Shown here piece by piece: positions 40,061 through 53,592 of a DNA stretch of 64,000 nt. Position 1 is the stretch's first letter, and each line of letters starts with the position of its first letter. The stretch comes from Octopus sinensis (lineage: Eukaryota): contig NC_043026.1 in NCBI RefSeq assembly GCF_006345805.1, positions 8,556,001 to 8,620,000 of the forward strand, read 5' to 3'. The notes below the pieces were generated by a model that saw nothing but the letters and a program-made list of their open reading frames with translations, did not search any database and was not told the origin of the DNA. A program made the translations under genes and the position numbers.

Positions 40061-40112
40061 ATATGCACAATACATACTCTAGCAGAAAACCACCCTTTGG
40101 GTAGTTTTTCTA

Positions 40113-41846
40113 CTAGTCACAATAATTTGGTGTCTCTCCTGTATGAATACGTTTATGGGTAATTAGGTTACTACTGGCAGAGAAAGATTTGTTACAGATG
40201 CCACAGTGATATGGCTTCTCTCCTGTATGAATACGTTTGTGTACAATCAAGGAAGTACCTGCAGAAAACATTTTACCACAGATATCACAATGATATGGCC
40301 TCTCTCCAGTATGGAAGCGTTTATGAGCAACTAAGTTGCTACTTTGAGAGAAAGATTTACCACAGATATCACAATAATACGGTGTCTCTCCTGTATGAAT
40401 ATGCTTGTGACTAGTTAAAGCACTACTCTGAAAAAATGATATACCACAGATATCACAGCGATATGGTTTCTCTCCTGTATGAGTACGTATATGAGTAGTT
40501 AGGTTACTACTGATAGAGAAAGATTTGTTACAGACATTACAGTGATATGGCTTCTCTCCTGTATGAATACGTTTGTGTACAATCAAAGAAGTGTTTGCAG
40601 AGAATAATTTACCACAGATATCACATCGATACGGTTTCTCTCCTGTATGGAAACGTTTGTGAGAAGTTAAGCTGCCACTGCGAGAGAATGATTTACCACA
40701 GATATCACAATAATATGGTGTCTCTCCTGTATGAGTATGCTTGTGACTAGTTAAAGCGCTACTCTGAGTAAATGATAGACCACAGATATCACAGTGATAT
40801 GGCTTTTCTCCTGTATGAAGACGTTTATGTGTAGTTAGGTTACTACTGATAGAGAAAGATTTGTTACAGATGTTGCATTGATACGGTTTCTCTCCTGTAT
40901 GAATACGTTTATGATCGGTCAAAGCAGAGTTGCGAGGGAATGATTTACCACAGATATTACAAGAATATGGTTTATCTCCTGTATGAGTACATTTGTGAGA
41001 ATTTAAAGTATTTTGGCCAGAGAATGATTTACTACAGATGTCACACTGATATGGCTTTTCTCCTGTATGTACATGTTTTTGACGATTTAAATCAATTTGG
41101 TCAGACTTCTCTCCTGTATGGGTACGCATATGAGTAGTTAGGGTACTACTGACAGAGAATGATGTACCACAGACATCACAGTGATAGGGCTTCTCTCCAG
41201 TATGAATACGTTTGTGTACAATCAAGGTAGTACCTGCAGAAAACAATTTACCACAGATATCACAGTGGTATGGCTTCTCTCTGGTATGGAAGCGTTTGTG
41301 AGCAGTTAAGTTGCCACTTTGAGAGAATGATTTACCACAGATATCACAGTGAAATGGTGTCTCTCCTGTATGAATATACTTGTGACTAGTTAAAGCATTA
41401 CTCTGAGAAAATGATTTACCACAGATATCACAGTGATACGGCTTCTCTCCTGTATGAATACGCTTGTGACGAGTTAACGCACTGCTACGAGGGAATGATT
41501 TACCACAGATATTACAGGAATATGGTTTCTCCCCTGTATGAATACGTTTGTGACGAGTTAAAGCACTTGGGTCAGAGAATGATGTACCACAGACGTCACA
41601 GTGATACGGCTTCTCTCCTGTATGACTATGTTGGTGTGTAGTCAAGTTAATTTTTTGAGAGAATGATTTACCACAGACGTCACAGTCAAATGGCTTCTCC
41701 CCTGTATGAATACGTTTGTGCATATTCAAGCTGCCTTTTCGAGAGAATGACTTTTTACAGACATCACAATCATGTGATGATTTTCGTTTACCTTTTTCTT
41801 TATCTTCTGGAAAAGTCAGATCCTTTAGTTTCTCGCTCTTTTCCAT
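40113..41846 (-). CDS. C2H2 zinc-finger protein, 577 aa (19 fingers plus one internally deleted finger)
   Basis: [11 protein letters not shown]...; degenerate unit [17 protein letters not shown]; acceptor at 42193-42194 on the minus strand. Confidence 0.94.
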   Translation of the reverse strand: MEKSEKLKDLTFPEDKEKGKRKSSHDCDVCKKSFSRKGSLNMHKRIHTGEKPFDCDVCGKSFSQKINLTTHQHSHTGEKPYHCDVCGTSFSDPSALTRHKRIHTGEKPYSCNICGKSFPRSSALTRHKRIHTGEKPYHCDICGKSFSQSNALTSHKYIHTGETPFHCDICGKSFSQSGNLTAHKRFHTREKPYHCDICGKLFSAGTTLIVHKRIHTGEKPYHCDVCGTSFSVSSTLTTHMRTHTGEKSDQIDLNRQKHVHTGEKPYQCDICSKSFSGQNTLNSHKCTHTGDKPYSCNICGKSFPRNSALTDHKRIHTGEKPYQCNICNKSFSISSNLTTHKRLHTGEKPYHCDICGLSFTQSSALTSHKHTHTGETPYYCDICGKSFSRSGSLTSHKRFHTGEKPYRCDICGKLFSANTSLIVHKRIHTGEKPYHCNVCNKSFSISSNLTTHIRTHTGEKPYRCDICGISFFQSSALTSHKHIHTGETPYYCDICGKSFSQSSNLVAHKRFHTGERPYHCDICGKMFSAGTSLIVHKRIHTGEKPYHCGICNKSFSASSNLITHKRIHTGETPNYCD

Positions 41847-44800
41847 TATGTTTCTTCGAAAATCACAAAATATATATTTTCATTTTGCTTCTATAGTCTT
41901 TTGTTTACAAATATTTCAACTGTTGTATTTCTGGCCACTGTTACCTTTGTCACAAAACAACTAAATTTATCCACGTTCAATCTGCAAAGAGACACATCTT
42001 GTAGACACTCCAGCCAGTGATGTCCAGAAGGTTTCCTAATAACACATTTCAGAGTAAATATCAGAGGAATTCCACCACAGATTTATAGAAACAATCTTAT
42101 ATATCTGTTCTGTACAATATTTCCATTTTGGTCTTTAAAAGATGATAAATAATGAGAATGTATCTTCAGTTATGCCAATGTCATCTGATATTCTGAAATA
42201 ATAAAGAAACAACAGTGTAAGATATAGAGGCTACTTAAAAAAATACAGATTCAACATTTCCATAAAGATAAACTCTAGAAATAAACATTTACCTGAACAA
42301 CAGAACTTTTTAATTTATCAAAATTTACATCAGAAAATCTTTTGTAAAGCTAACAGATTTCTTAACTCCAGCTACACATTAAAAAAAAAAAAAACGAAGA
42401 GCGTAGGCTCGAAATGTAAAAGACTTTTTCTATTTCTATTCCTGAGCGCCATACTAATACATTTGTTTGTTTGTACTCCACCTGCCTTCATCTTTTGTTT
42501 ATTTTCGTAAACCTTCCCGTTATATATATATATGTATATATATGTTTAGGCACAGGAGTGGCTGTGTTCTAAGAAGCCAACCACATGGTCCCAGGTTCAG
42601 TCCCACTTGGGCAAGTGTCTTCTACTACAGCCTCGGGCCAACTAAAGCCTTGTGCATGGATTTGGTAGAGAAAACTGAGAGAAGCCCGTTGTATCATCAT
42701 TATCGTTTAACGTCCGCTTTCCATGTTGGCATGGGTTGGACGGTTTGAGTAAGGACTGGCAAGCTAAGAGGCTGCATCTACAGCTGGATGCCCTTTCTAA
42801 TGCCAACTACTCCAAGAGTGTAGTGAGTGCTTTTTACATGCCACTGTCCCGAGGCCAGTCAGGCAGCACTGGCGACGACCACACTCGAATGATGCTTTTT
42901 ATGTACCACCAGCACGAATCCTTCGACATGAGAAAGATCAGAAATGCAAAAACATGTTTAAATACTTTGGTAAAATGAAAAAGGATTCGAGGCGGGGGGA
43001 TGGCACATGGTATGAAATTTACGAATCTCGCTTTTTTAAAACAAAAAAACTTGATATAAGAAGAAATTAGTAAAACAAGTCATTACTCATTTTGCCCCAT
43101 TTTAGACGTCATTTTGTGAAACTTGAAACACCAAACATTCTTCCCGATATTCTGTTAGTAACCTCAATTACACTGAGGTCAAAGTTCAGGAAAAAGAGGA
43201 TCAGCCAACCGAACAACTTCTGTACGGAAAGACTTCCTCCCGAACGAATGCTTTATTATAATTTATGCGTTTCTTTTTATAGTGAAGGGGACAAAATAAG
43301 CGGGGCAAAATGAGTAATTTCCCATTTCTCATTCTTGTCTTCCAACTTGCATAAAATGGGTCCCACTAGCGAACAGTGGTCCCGGTGCGCGCCCACGCTA
43401 GCTGGACGTAAGTAGTCGATCCTACAACAACTTTTTAATCCTAACCCTGGTTTACTCTTTTACTTGTTTCAGTCATTTGACTGCGGCCATGCTGGAGCAC
43501 CGACTTTAATCGAGCAACTTGGCCCCGGGACTTATTCTTTTTGTAAGCCCAGTACTTATTCTATCGGTCTCTTCTGCAGAACCGCTAAGTGACGGGGACG
43601 CAAACACACCAGCATCGGTTGTCAAGCAATGCTAGAGGGACAAACACAGACACACAAACATACATACATATATACGACAGGCTTCTTTCAGTTTCCGTCT
43701 ACTAAATCCACTCACAAGGCATTGGTCGGCCCGAGGCTATAGTAGAAGACACTTGCCTAAGATGCCACGCAGTGGGACTGAACCCGGAACCATGTGGTTG
43801 GTAAGCAAGCTACTTACCACACAGCCACTCCCACGCCTATTTGTTTGTTTATAAAAATAATTTATTTAATTAGTTTAAAAAATTATTTAGGATCGACTAG
43901 TTTCGACTAGCTAGTACGGATACGTGTGTGCGCACCGGGACCACTATTCGCTAGTAGTACCTATAAAATGATTACATTGTGAGTATGCCTCATCATTTGG
44001 TATTACTATATTATATCTGGGAGTAAAAAAAAAAGGGCAAGACATCCTTTCGTAAACGAGGGGACGGGACGGGAGGAAGCCTTTCTTTCGTTTCTTAACA
44101 TTTCTGTGGTTGGAATGTATTTTAAGAATATTTCCCCAACTAAAAACACCCAAGAAACGTAAAAGGGAAAACTAGGATATTACTCATTTTGCCCCGCTTA
44201 CTAATTTCGTCCCTCTGCCCATATCAAGAAGCAAGCATTCGATAAATTATAATAAAACATTGGTTTCTCAACATTTCTGTGGTCGGAGTTTATTTGGGAA
44301 CATTTCTCAAACTAAAACAGAACAGACGAATGTGGAAACGATGGAAAGTGTAGGAAGAAATGAGGAATTACTCATTTTGCTCCGCTTACTAATTTCGTCC
44401 CCTTCCTGATATCAAGAAACAAGGGTTCGATAAATTATAATAAAGCATTGGTTTCTCAGCATTTCTGTGGTTGGAGTTTATTCTAAGAATATTTCTCCAC
44501 CTAAAACACACAACAAACAAACTTAAAGAAGAAACGATGGAGCGTGTAGGAGGTTGCCGCCATAGCTAGAAATAGCAGCCAAATTGGAACAGATCAAAGG
44601 ACATCTGAGACACCAAAGTATTAAAAGATTAAATGTTTTCGTTGTTTAATACTCACGGAAATGTCTTTATAAAGGATGGTGTTGTTGTTATGAGTGCATC
44701 TCTCTATCAGGTGATAGAGAGAGATGTATCTTAAACGCGTTCGGGAGTTAATTAAGAGAACTCCCAGCACCTGACATATTTGTCAAGATGTAATGAATGG

Positions 44801-45463
44801 AGACGGAAGTACGTTTCGTGCGCATGCGTATGAAATGCTGATTTCACATTTTGACACAAGACCAGCAATTTCGGGAGGGAGTGGACAGAAGTCAATTGCG
44901 TGGACAGCAGTTGTCGACCTCCAGAAATGGGATATTTTCTAATGAAGTTTTCAACAAATACGATTCAGCAGCATTTCGTTAATTTATCGACCCCGAAAGG
45001 ATGAAAGGCAAAGTCGACCTCGGCGGAATTTGAACTCAGAATGTAGCGGCAGACAAAATACCTATTTCTTTACTACCCACAAGGGGCTAAACAAGGACAG
45101 ACACACAGATTATATCAAACTCAGCACATAACTGGTACTTCATTTATCGACTCCGAAAGGATGAAAGGCAAAGTCAACCTCGGCGGAATTTGAACTCAGA
45201 ACCTAGCGGCAGACGTAATACGGCTACGCATTTCGCCCGGCGTGCTAACGTTTCTGCCAGCTCGCCGCCTTAAAGGCAAATACATTTGAAGCCATGAAAA
45301 GTTCCCCCATGGTACATTTAAATGCTCTTAACACCTTCATGTTCGTTAATGTGTTAATAGTTTGTCATTGACGAATTTTGAGCCGAAGAAGGAAATTTGA
45401 AAGAGCAAACTGCACGAACGGAAAAGGTTAAAAACCACATTTACTTAGTAAGGCTCAAGATTG

Positions 45464-45776
45464 GGCAATCTTACGGTTCTAGTATATTTTACGTCAACTG
45501 AGCACGTGTATTTGTTTATATATGATTGTCGATTTCCGTAAAAAACTTTTATTTTTTTACACATGGGGTTGGGGGATATGGGATCTTTGGGGTTAGGGTT
45601 AGGGTCCTTATCCCAAACCCTAAACGTAACCCTAACCCCAAAGATCCCATTTCCCCCAACACCATATGTAAAAAAATAAATGTAAAAAAATAAAAGTTTT
45701 TTACGGAGATCGACGATCATATATAAACAAATATACGTGGTCAGTTGACGTAAAATATACTAGAACCGTAAGATTG
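45464..45776. mobile_element. Foldback MITE related to the 9412 element, with a TTAGGG/CCCTAA core
   Basis: Nearly fully palindromic; shares the GGCAATCTT terminus and GTCGATTTCCGTAAAAAA block; absent from the mirror site near 17285. Confidence 0.85.
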
Positions 45777-46700
45777 TTCAACCGTAAGTGAATGGCCAAT
45801 GGTATACATGAAGGCACCATATGGCAATCCGGCCTGCCAGCACGCTGCCAAAGGTCAATCCGGCCCGTGAACTGGAAATTTTTGCCAGCCCCTGATTTAC
45901 ACACACACACTGACAAATATACCAACAGTATATTTTCTTCATTCAAGAAATATAATGGAACATAGAAGAATATTACAAAAGAAGAATTTTTATTAAAAAT
46001 ACAACAATGGTAGATATTGTTGTGGTTACATAAAATATATTGTCCACAGGTTGTTATAACACAATGATATCTTCTTTCCTGATAGGATATATTTATTGTT
46101 ACACTAGCAGCATAGTCCAGCGTTGCCCGGGTATGTAAGAACCTCTAGTAGGCAACGACTTGCGGCTGCAGCTGCGATTAGCAGAAGTATGTCAAGGTTA
46201 TGTTGTCTGGTCATGTTTTGCCTCGTTGACTGCTTGAAGTGGAGGAATTTATGAATTTTTTTCAGAACTGGGGGAACTTTTCAACATTTTCACCGCGTTA
46301 GTTTTGAATTATGACATTGGGCTATGTGTGTGTCAAGTTTCATCAGAATCGGTTGAAAGCCGTGGTCAGGGTGAGGGTACAAACTGACAGACACACAGAC
46401 AACCTGCCTTTTATATATAGAGAAGATACGACATTTTTTCTTCCACAAATCACTTTAGACATTGATGCAGTTACTCCTCTCCATGAATGCGTCTGTGTCG
46501 TTCAGTGGTCGATTTAAGGGAAGCATTCACTAGAGATAGGTGCAGGAGTGGCTGTGTGGTAAGTGGCTTGCTTACCAACCACGTGGTTCCAGGTTCAGTC
46601 CCACTGCATGGCATCTTGGGCAAGTGTCTTCTACTATAGCCTCGGGCCAACCAAAGCCTTGTGAGTGGATTTGGTAGACGGAAACTGAAAGAAGCCCGCC

Positions 46701-46737
<37 letters not shown>

Positions 46738-47394
46738 CGCAGGAGTGGCTGTGTGGTAAGTAGCTTGCTTACAAACCACATGGTTCCGGGTTCAGTCCCA
46801 CTGCATGGCACCTTGGGCAAGTGTCTTCTACTATAGCCTTGGGCCGACCAAAGCCTTGTGAGTGGATTTGGTAGATGGAAACTGAAAAGAAGCCCGTCGT
46901 ATATATGTATATATATGTGTGCGTGTATGTTTGTGTGTCTGCGTTTGTCCCCCTAGCATTGCTTGACAACCGATGCTGGTGTGTTTATGTCCACTCACTT
47001 AGCGGTTCGGCAAAAGAGACCGATAAAATAAGTACTGGGCTTACAAAGAATAAGTCCCGGGGTCGAGTTGCTTGATTAAAGGCGGTGCTCCAGCATGGCC
47101 GCAGTCAAATGACTGAAACAAGTAAAAGAGATAAAACATATACAAAGAAATTGTCAGCAGTCAGAGTTGGAGGAGGACAACTTCAATCCTTCGGGAATTC
47201 AGAATTCACTGTCAAATGTGAAGAAAAAGGTAAAGACCCCGTCCCCTTTGGTCATGAATGACCATGGAACTGCACCTAGAAAGGTACCCTCTGAGGCACA
47301 AGTCTAAGTAAGGTTGTTTTATGGAAGACCAGCAGTCACCAATGCACACTAACCTCCCCTTCCATGCCGTTATATGTATATAGAGTGAAGTTGT

Positions 47395-48796
47395 TTTCAG
47401 GGACCTCAGTGATGAGGAAGGAGACACATGGTGGTGGCAGCAAGGAGATGGTTGAGTTCATTGATTACAGCCCAAGAGTGCTTGAGTCTCTGGTGACCAG
47501 AGACAAAATTTGAATCTACTGTTATGATCTAGGGACCAAGAGACAGAGTGCCAAATGGCAGCATCCTGGCTCCCCTAGACCCACGAAGGCCAAGCAAAGC
47601 AAGTCCACTGGGAAGTTCATGAGGATTCCCTTTTTCAACATCTAGGGCATCATCTACATCTATTGGGTTCTTCTTTGAACTGGGATCCACTGACTTCACT
47701 GCTCTAGTTGTAGTGCTCTAGCCAGTTTGTGAAGGCTCTATGATAATCCCTCCAAAATAAAGATGTCTAATAGCCTTGTTACAGCCCCCTTCATCTTGAG
47801 GAACAACCAAAAGTCACAGGGAACAAGTTCTGGGCCGTAGAGTGAATAAGGGACTCTTCTGATGCCCACCTCTGCCAAGTAGTTACCAGGATGGAATTGT
47901 GGATTGGTGTAGGTCCCACAGATCTGGGTGAGAGCTCTCTGGCCTTTTGCAATGAAAACTGTTGTTGGACTACCCCCAAAACCTCCCCAATGTCCACTTT
48001 TTTTTACCATCAGGCTAAAGAGAACCCAGTTGATGTACATGAGGCCCTTGCAGTACTTAGGGTTATTCACGAAGAGCTGAATATAAGCAAAATTTGTACA
48101 AAGTTCTTCTCAGGGTGATCAGGGACAAAGGAGAGATATGTTGGTGATGGCAGGGAACTGGTTGAGCTCATTAACTCCAATCCAAGGATACCTGAGTCTC
48201 TGGTGACCAGTGACAAAAGTTGAATCTACTGTTATGATCTAGGGACCAAGAGACAGAGTGCCAAATGGCAGCATCCTGGCTCCCCTAGACCCACGAAGGC
48301 CAAGCAAAGCAAGTCCACTGGGAAGTTCATGAGGATTCCCCTTTTCAACAGCTGGGACATCATCTATATCCATTGGGTTCCCTCGGGCCAGATGAACAAC
48401 AAAAAGTACTTTGTGAGGTTGTCCATAATGAGTTTTCATTGCAAAGGGCCAGAGAGATCTCCCACTTAAGTTTGTGGTACACGAGTTCACAATTTCATAC
48501 CAGTAATCAACTATCTGACTACCCTTTACTCTCCCTACAGACCTGACCTTGATCCCAGTGACTTTAGGTTGTTCTTTCAAACCAAAGAAGATGCAGGAGG
48601 CTGCATCAAGGATCCTGGACACCTTCATTTTCGAGGGCATCCATAGGGTCTTCACAAAGTGGCCGGAGGGTTGCAACAATTCAATCGAAATCAGAGGATC
48701 CGACTTTGAATGAGATTAAAATATTGTACTTCCTGGAATTTTAATAAATGTCTCACTTGAAAAAGTCTGACAACTTCTGGAATGCACCTCATGTAT
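47395..48796. mobile_element. Mirror-arm copy of the rearranged mariner relic
   Basis: Reverse complement of 6347-6775, 4222-5290 and 6775-7045. Confidence 0.8.
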
Positions 48797-49540
48797 AAAT
48801 CTTATCAACAACAAAATCACGACCCTGAGGGTACACGAACAACAAACTTTACTTCACACCATTGTATACAAGAGATACATTCAAGAATGCAAATAAGATC
48901 ATGAATATTCATGAGATATCTCATGAATATTCATGAGGTATCATAGATATTTACCCTATAATGTTAAGATGAAATATTGTTTGTTATGACTTGCAGACTT
49001 ATACTTAACTGTACGATTATGTTAGGAGAGAGTAAATATTTACCACCAGTGACAAATGAATTAATATTAGCTTCTCTTTCTTCTAGAAATATGTTAAATG
49101 AGAATATATTTGAGAATTCTGAAAGAATAGTTTTTATTAAAAATATCATTTAGTTATGTCATCAATGTATAGAGAGTTGTGGTTTGGAGATTGTTCTTAC
49201 ACACACCATCATATCTTCTTTTACGGATGAATACATTTATTTCAAGAACAATCTTACTTAGAAATGGATGCATGCGTTACGTCATATAATATATTGATAA
49301 ATAAAACATATATGTACGTACCTACCTCTACATGTCTATATACACACATATATGGGTACAGGACACCAAAAAAACGTCGAACACAATGAGAAACGAAAAC
49401 ATAAACACAAAACCAAGGAACTGGACATTTTTCTTGAGGTAGGTACGTACATATATGTATATATATATGCATATATTTTATTTATTAATATAATACATTT
49501 ATTGTTCAGTGAGGTGTGGCTTTTCTGGCGTTCACCTGCC

Positions 49541-50761
49541 TCATTCTGCTGCAAGGGTGCACTCATGTGTAGTCAGCTGTCGTTTTCGAACAAAAGATTT
49601 ACTGCAGACATCACAGTGATATGGTTTCTCTCCTGTATGAATGTATTTGTGTTCAGTTAAATGGAAATTTCTAGAGAAGGCTTTATTGCAGACCTCACAG
49701 CGATATGGCTTCTCCCCTGTATGGGTTTGTTTGTGTTCAATCAAAGTATGTTTCCGAGAGAAGGATTTACCACAGATATCACAGTGGTATGGTTTAGCGT
49801 CTGTATGAATGCGTTTGTGTCTGATCAAATGCTGACTGTGAGAGAAGGATTTGCCACAGATATCACAGTGATATGGTTTATCTCCTGCATGAATGCGTTT
49901 GTGTCCAGTTAAGTGACCTTTCTGAGAGAAGCACTTACCACACACATCACAGCTATGGGGCTTCTCCCCCGTATGGATGCGGATGTGTTTACTCAAGCTG
50001 CTGCTTGTAGAAAACGATTTGTCACAGATATCACAATTGTAGGGTTTCTCTCCAGTATGACTACGTCTGTGTTTGCTCAGGTTGCTACTCGTAGAAAAGG
50101 ATTTAGTACAGATATCACAGTGATAGGGCCTGTCTCCTGTATGAGTGCGACTGTGTTCGGCTAAGTAATGATGCCGAGAGAAGGATTTATCACAGATATC
50201 ACAGTGATATGGCTTAACTCCTGTATGGATTTGCTTGTGAACACTTAAGCTACTTCTTTCAGAGAATGCTATGCCACACATGTCACACTGATACGGCTTC
50301 TCTCCTGTATGAATTCGTATGTGAATGGTCAAAGTACTTTTCAAAGTGAACGATTTACCACAGATGTCACAATCGAATAGCTTCTCTCCTGTATGAATAC
50401 GTATGTGAGTCGTTAGGTTCCTAGTTCTGGAGAAGGACTTACCACAGATATCACAGTGATATGGCTTCTCTCCTGTGTGAACGAATTTGTGTTCGTTTAA
50501 ATGATGATTCCGAGAGAACGACCTACCGCAGACATCGCAATGATATGGCTTCTCTCCTGTATGAATACGCCTGTGTTTGGTTAAGTGATGGTTTATAGAG
50601 AAAGATTTACCACAGACATCACAGCGATAGGGTTTTTCTCCTGTATGAATGCGTCTGTGTTGGATTAAGTGACAAGTTTGAGAAAAGGATTTACTACAGA
50701 TATCACATTGATATGGCTTCTCTTCTCCACGAATGAGTTGACCTTTTTCACAGAATGACAT
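49541..50761 (-). CDS. C2H2 zinc-finger protein, 406 aa, inverted copy of 2368..3588
   Basis: Translation identical to 2368..3588 except H46R. Confidence 0.93.
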   Translation of the reverse strand: MSFCEKGQLIRGEEKPYQCDICSKSFSQTCHLIQHRRIHTGEKPYRCDVCGKSFSINHHLTKHRRIHTGEKPYHCDVCGRSFSRNHHLNEHKFVHTGEKPYHCDICGKSFSRTRNLTTHIRIHTGEKLFDCDICGKSFTLKSTLTIHIRIHTGEKPYQCDMCGIAFSERSSLSVHKQIHTGVKPYHCDICDKSFSRHHYLAEHSRTHTGDRPYHCDICTKSFSTSSNLSKHRRSHTGEKPYNCDICDKSFSTSSSLSKHIRIHTGEKPHSCDVCGKCFSQKGHLTGHKRIHAGDKPYHCDICGKSFSHSQHLIRHKRIHTDAKPYHCDICGKSFSRKHTLIEHKQTHTGEKPYRCEVCNKAFSRNFHLTEHKYIHTGEKPYHCDVCSKSFVRKRQLTTHECTLAAE

Positions 50762-53186
50762 TTTACAGATATTACAGTGATATATTGTTTTGCCAATATC
50801 TTTTCACATTTCATCAGGAAAATCAATCCATGGTCATTTTCATTTCACCTTGTCACCTTTTTTTTTTTTTTCTTTTCTCCAATGTTTTCGTTTCTGTATA
50901 TTTTTATATTTTATTCTAAACAAAAATTTTCTCCACTATATTCCTATCATCTGTAATCTTTCTTAAGATCTGCAGCCGCTCCAAACTCTGCTATAATCCA
51001 ATTTTAACTAGAATTCGGAACCCTCTTGTACACATCGCAGTCAGCGAAGCAAAAGACATTTTACTTTTTTAATTTCGGTGAAGAGAAAATATTTTATAGT
51101 CCAACCCATGCTAGCATGGAAAACGGACGTTAAATGATGATGATGATGATTTTCAAGTAATTCTACCACGTAAAATGCACTCAAATCTTTCTGCAGGGTG
51201 GTTGGTGTTGGAAGGACACCCAACCGTAAAGAATCATGCAAAAACACACACACAAGTTTGGTGTAGTCTTCTGGACGGCCAGCTCCTATGAAACGGGCTA
51301 ACCCATGCCAGCTTGGAGAGCGGACGTTAAACGATGATAATGATTGGAATATCTGTTCTTTATCCCGTGCTGTTAATCTTTGGAAGATGATAAATCCGCG
51401 GTAATATATAATTCTTTAATAACAAAGTCATCCAATATCCTGAAATAAGAGGGAAACAGTATAAGCTGCGAAGGTTACTAAAACAATTGGTATTTGAGAA
51501 TGAGAACTTAACTCTTATACGTTCCTACACAGATCAGCTGTAGTTATAAGCATTTATCTGAACAACTGAAATTTCGTTTTGAAATTTGTTATTAAAATTA
51601 CATTGCACAAATTTGTGTAAATATCTATTTTTTTTACTACCCACAAGGGGCTAAACACAGAGGGGACAAACAAGGACATAGGTATTAAGTCGATTACATC
51701 GACCCCAGTGCGTAACTGGTACTTAATTTATCGACCCCGAAAGGATGAAAGGCAAAGTCGACCTCGCGGAATTTGAACTCGGAACGTATTGACAGACGAA
51801 ATACGGCTACGCATTTCGCCCGGCGTGCTAACGTTCCTGCCAGCTCGCCGCCTTATTTTGTGTAAATATCGACATATTTACAGACATCTACACCTCCGTA
51901 CTGTGTAAAACTACGTGTTACTCTACAGAGCAGATGATAACATATTTTCAAAAATCGAAAGGGTCATTTGAGGGTAAATTTGGGTGCTGTCTCTAGCTGG
52001 TGGAGCAACCTTGTAGCGGCTTCAACGGAGATTTTGTAGCCACAGGACGATCCTGCCTGAGTAGACGAACGATGATCAAAAACGTGTCTTCTGGGTTGCT
52101 ACAAATTCTTTGACAAGCAAAAACATTATAAAGAAAAAGGCTTGAATGAAAATGAAGTCGCAGTTTAAGATCCGCACCAAAGGCGAGAGGGCCACGAAAG
52201 GATTACGATGTAAAAAGAAAAAAAACCCCAGAAAAGTGGGCATTGAAGAGCGAAACGAGAATTGTTTTCATATTAAATAATTGAGAAAAAAAAGGAAAAA
52301 TCATAAATTTTGGGTTAAAAACACTTACAGATAATTTCTGAGAAGATGTATTTGATAAAGGAAGAGCTGGAACGGGAAGAAAGCTCACGTTTTATAATTT
52401 CTGAGATGGATCGGATGAAAGAAAGATTCAAACGGGAGAAAATTCACGTTTTATGATTTCTAAAAAAATTTCTCTTCATTTCTACACCATTTTGATCTGG
52501 CGAGATTCTAATTCCGCAGCAAATATTAAATCTCGTGTTTGCGGACGAGACTTAAACGAGAATTCGATGACATTTTTTTATTTCTTACTACCCACAAGGG
52601 GCTAAACACAGAGGGGACAAACAAGGACAAAGGGATTATGTCGATTACATCGACGCCAGTGCGTAACTGGTACTTAATTTATCGACCCTGAAAGGATGAC
52701 AGGTAAAGTCGACCTCGGCGGAATTTGAACTCACAACGTAGCGGCAGACAAAATACCCATTTCTTTACTACCCACAAGGGACTAAACATAGAGGGGACAA
52801 ACAAGGACAGACAAAGGGATTAAGTCGATTACATCGACCTCAGTGCGTAACTGGTACTTAATTTAATTGACCCCGAAAGGATGAAAGGCAATGTCGACCT
52901 CGGCGGAATTTGAACTCAGAACTTAACGGCAGACGAAATACTGCTAAGCATTTCGCCCGGCGTGCTAACGTTTCTGCCAGTTCGCCGCCCAGAAAGACAG
53001 ATCGACAGATATTGAAACGAAGGGAGATCGATAGACGGATAGAGAAATGGACAAGGACAGACCATAGATAAATGGATCGGTAAATTCTTTGCTTTGTGGC
53101 ACGATTCAACGGGAACCCAAATCCAACAATAAAATATTGAAAAACAACAGACAAACGAGGAAATGCCTTTAGGTTTTCAATATACG

Positions 53187-53570
53187 GCGAGGCGCAATGG
53201 CCCAGTGGTTAGGGCAGCGGACTCGCGGTCATAGGATCGCGGTTTCGATTCCCAGACCGAGCGTTGTGAATGTTTATTGAGCGAAAACACCTAAAAGCTC
53301 CACGAGGCCCCGGCAGGGGATGGTGGTGATCCCTGCTGTACTCTTTCACCACAACTTTCTCTCACTCTTACTTCCTGTTTCTGTTGTACCTGTATTTCAA
53401 AGGGCCGGCCTTGTCACTCTCTGTGTCACGCTGAATATCCCCGAGAACTACGTTAAGGGTGCACGTGTCTGTGGAGTGCTCAGCCACTTACACGATAATT
53501 TCACGAGCAGGCTGTTCCGTTGATTCGGATCAACCGGAACCCTCGTCGTCGTAACCGACGGAGTGCTTCC
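53187..53570 (+). mobile_element. tRNA-derived SINE family C; also 32385-32705(-) and a variant at 26018-26290
   Basis: Head TGGCCCAGTGGTTAGGGCAGCGGACTCGCGG...GGTTTCGATTCC followed by a ~300 bp non-tRNA body. Confidence 0.82.
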
Positions 53571-53592
53571 AATACGGTGAAAGAAAAACATA

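Larger units (their letters stand above)
36840..52575 (-). repeat. Right arm of the inverted segmental duplication
   Basis: Same blocks in mirrored order; includes ZNF genes 40113..41846 and 49541..50761. Confidence 0.92.

Noticed and set aside
53187-53260. tRNA genes at SINE heads
   Set aside because: A and B boxes are present but there is no complete cloverleaf, and each head runs into a SINE body
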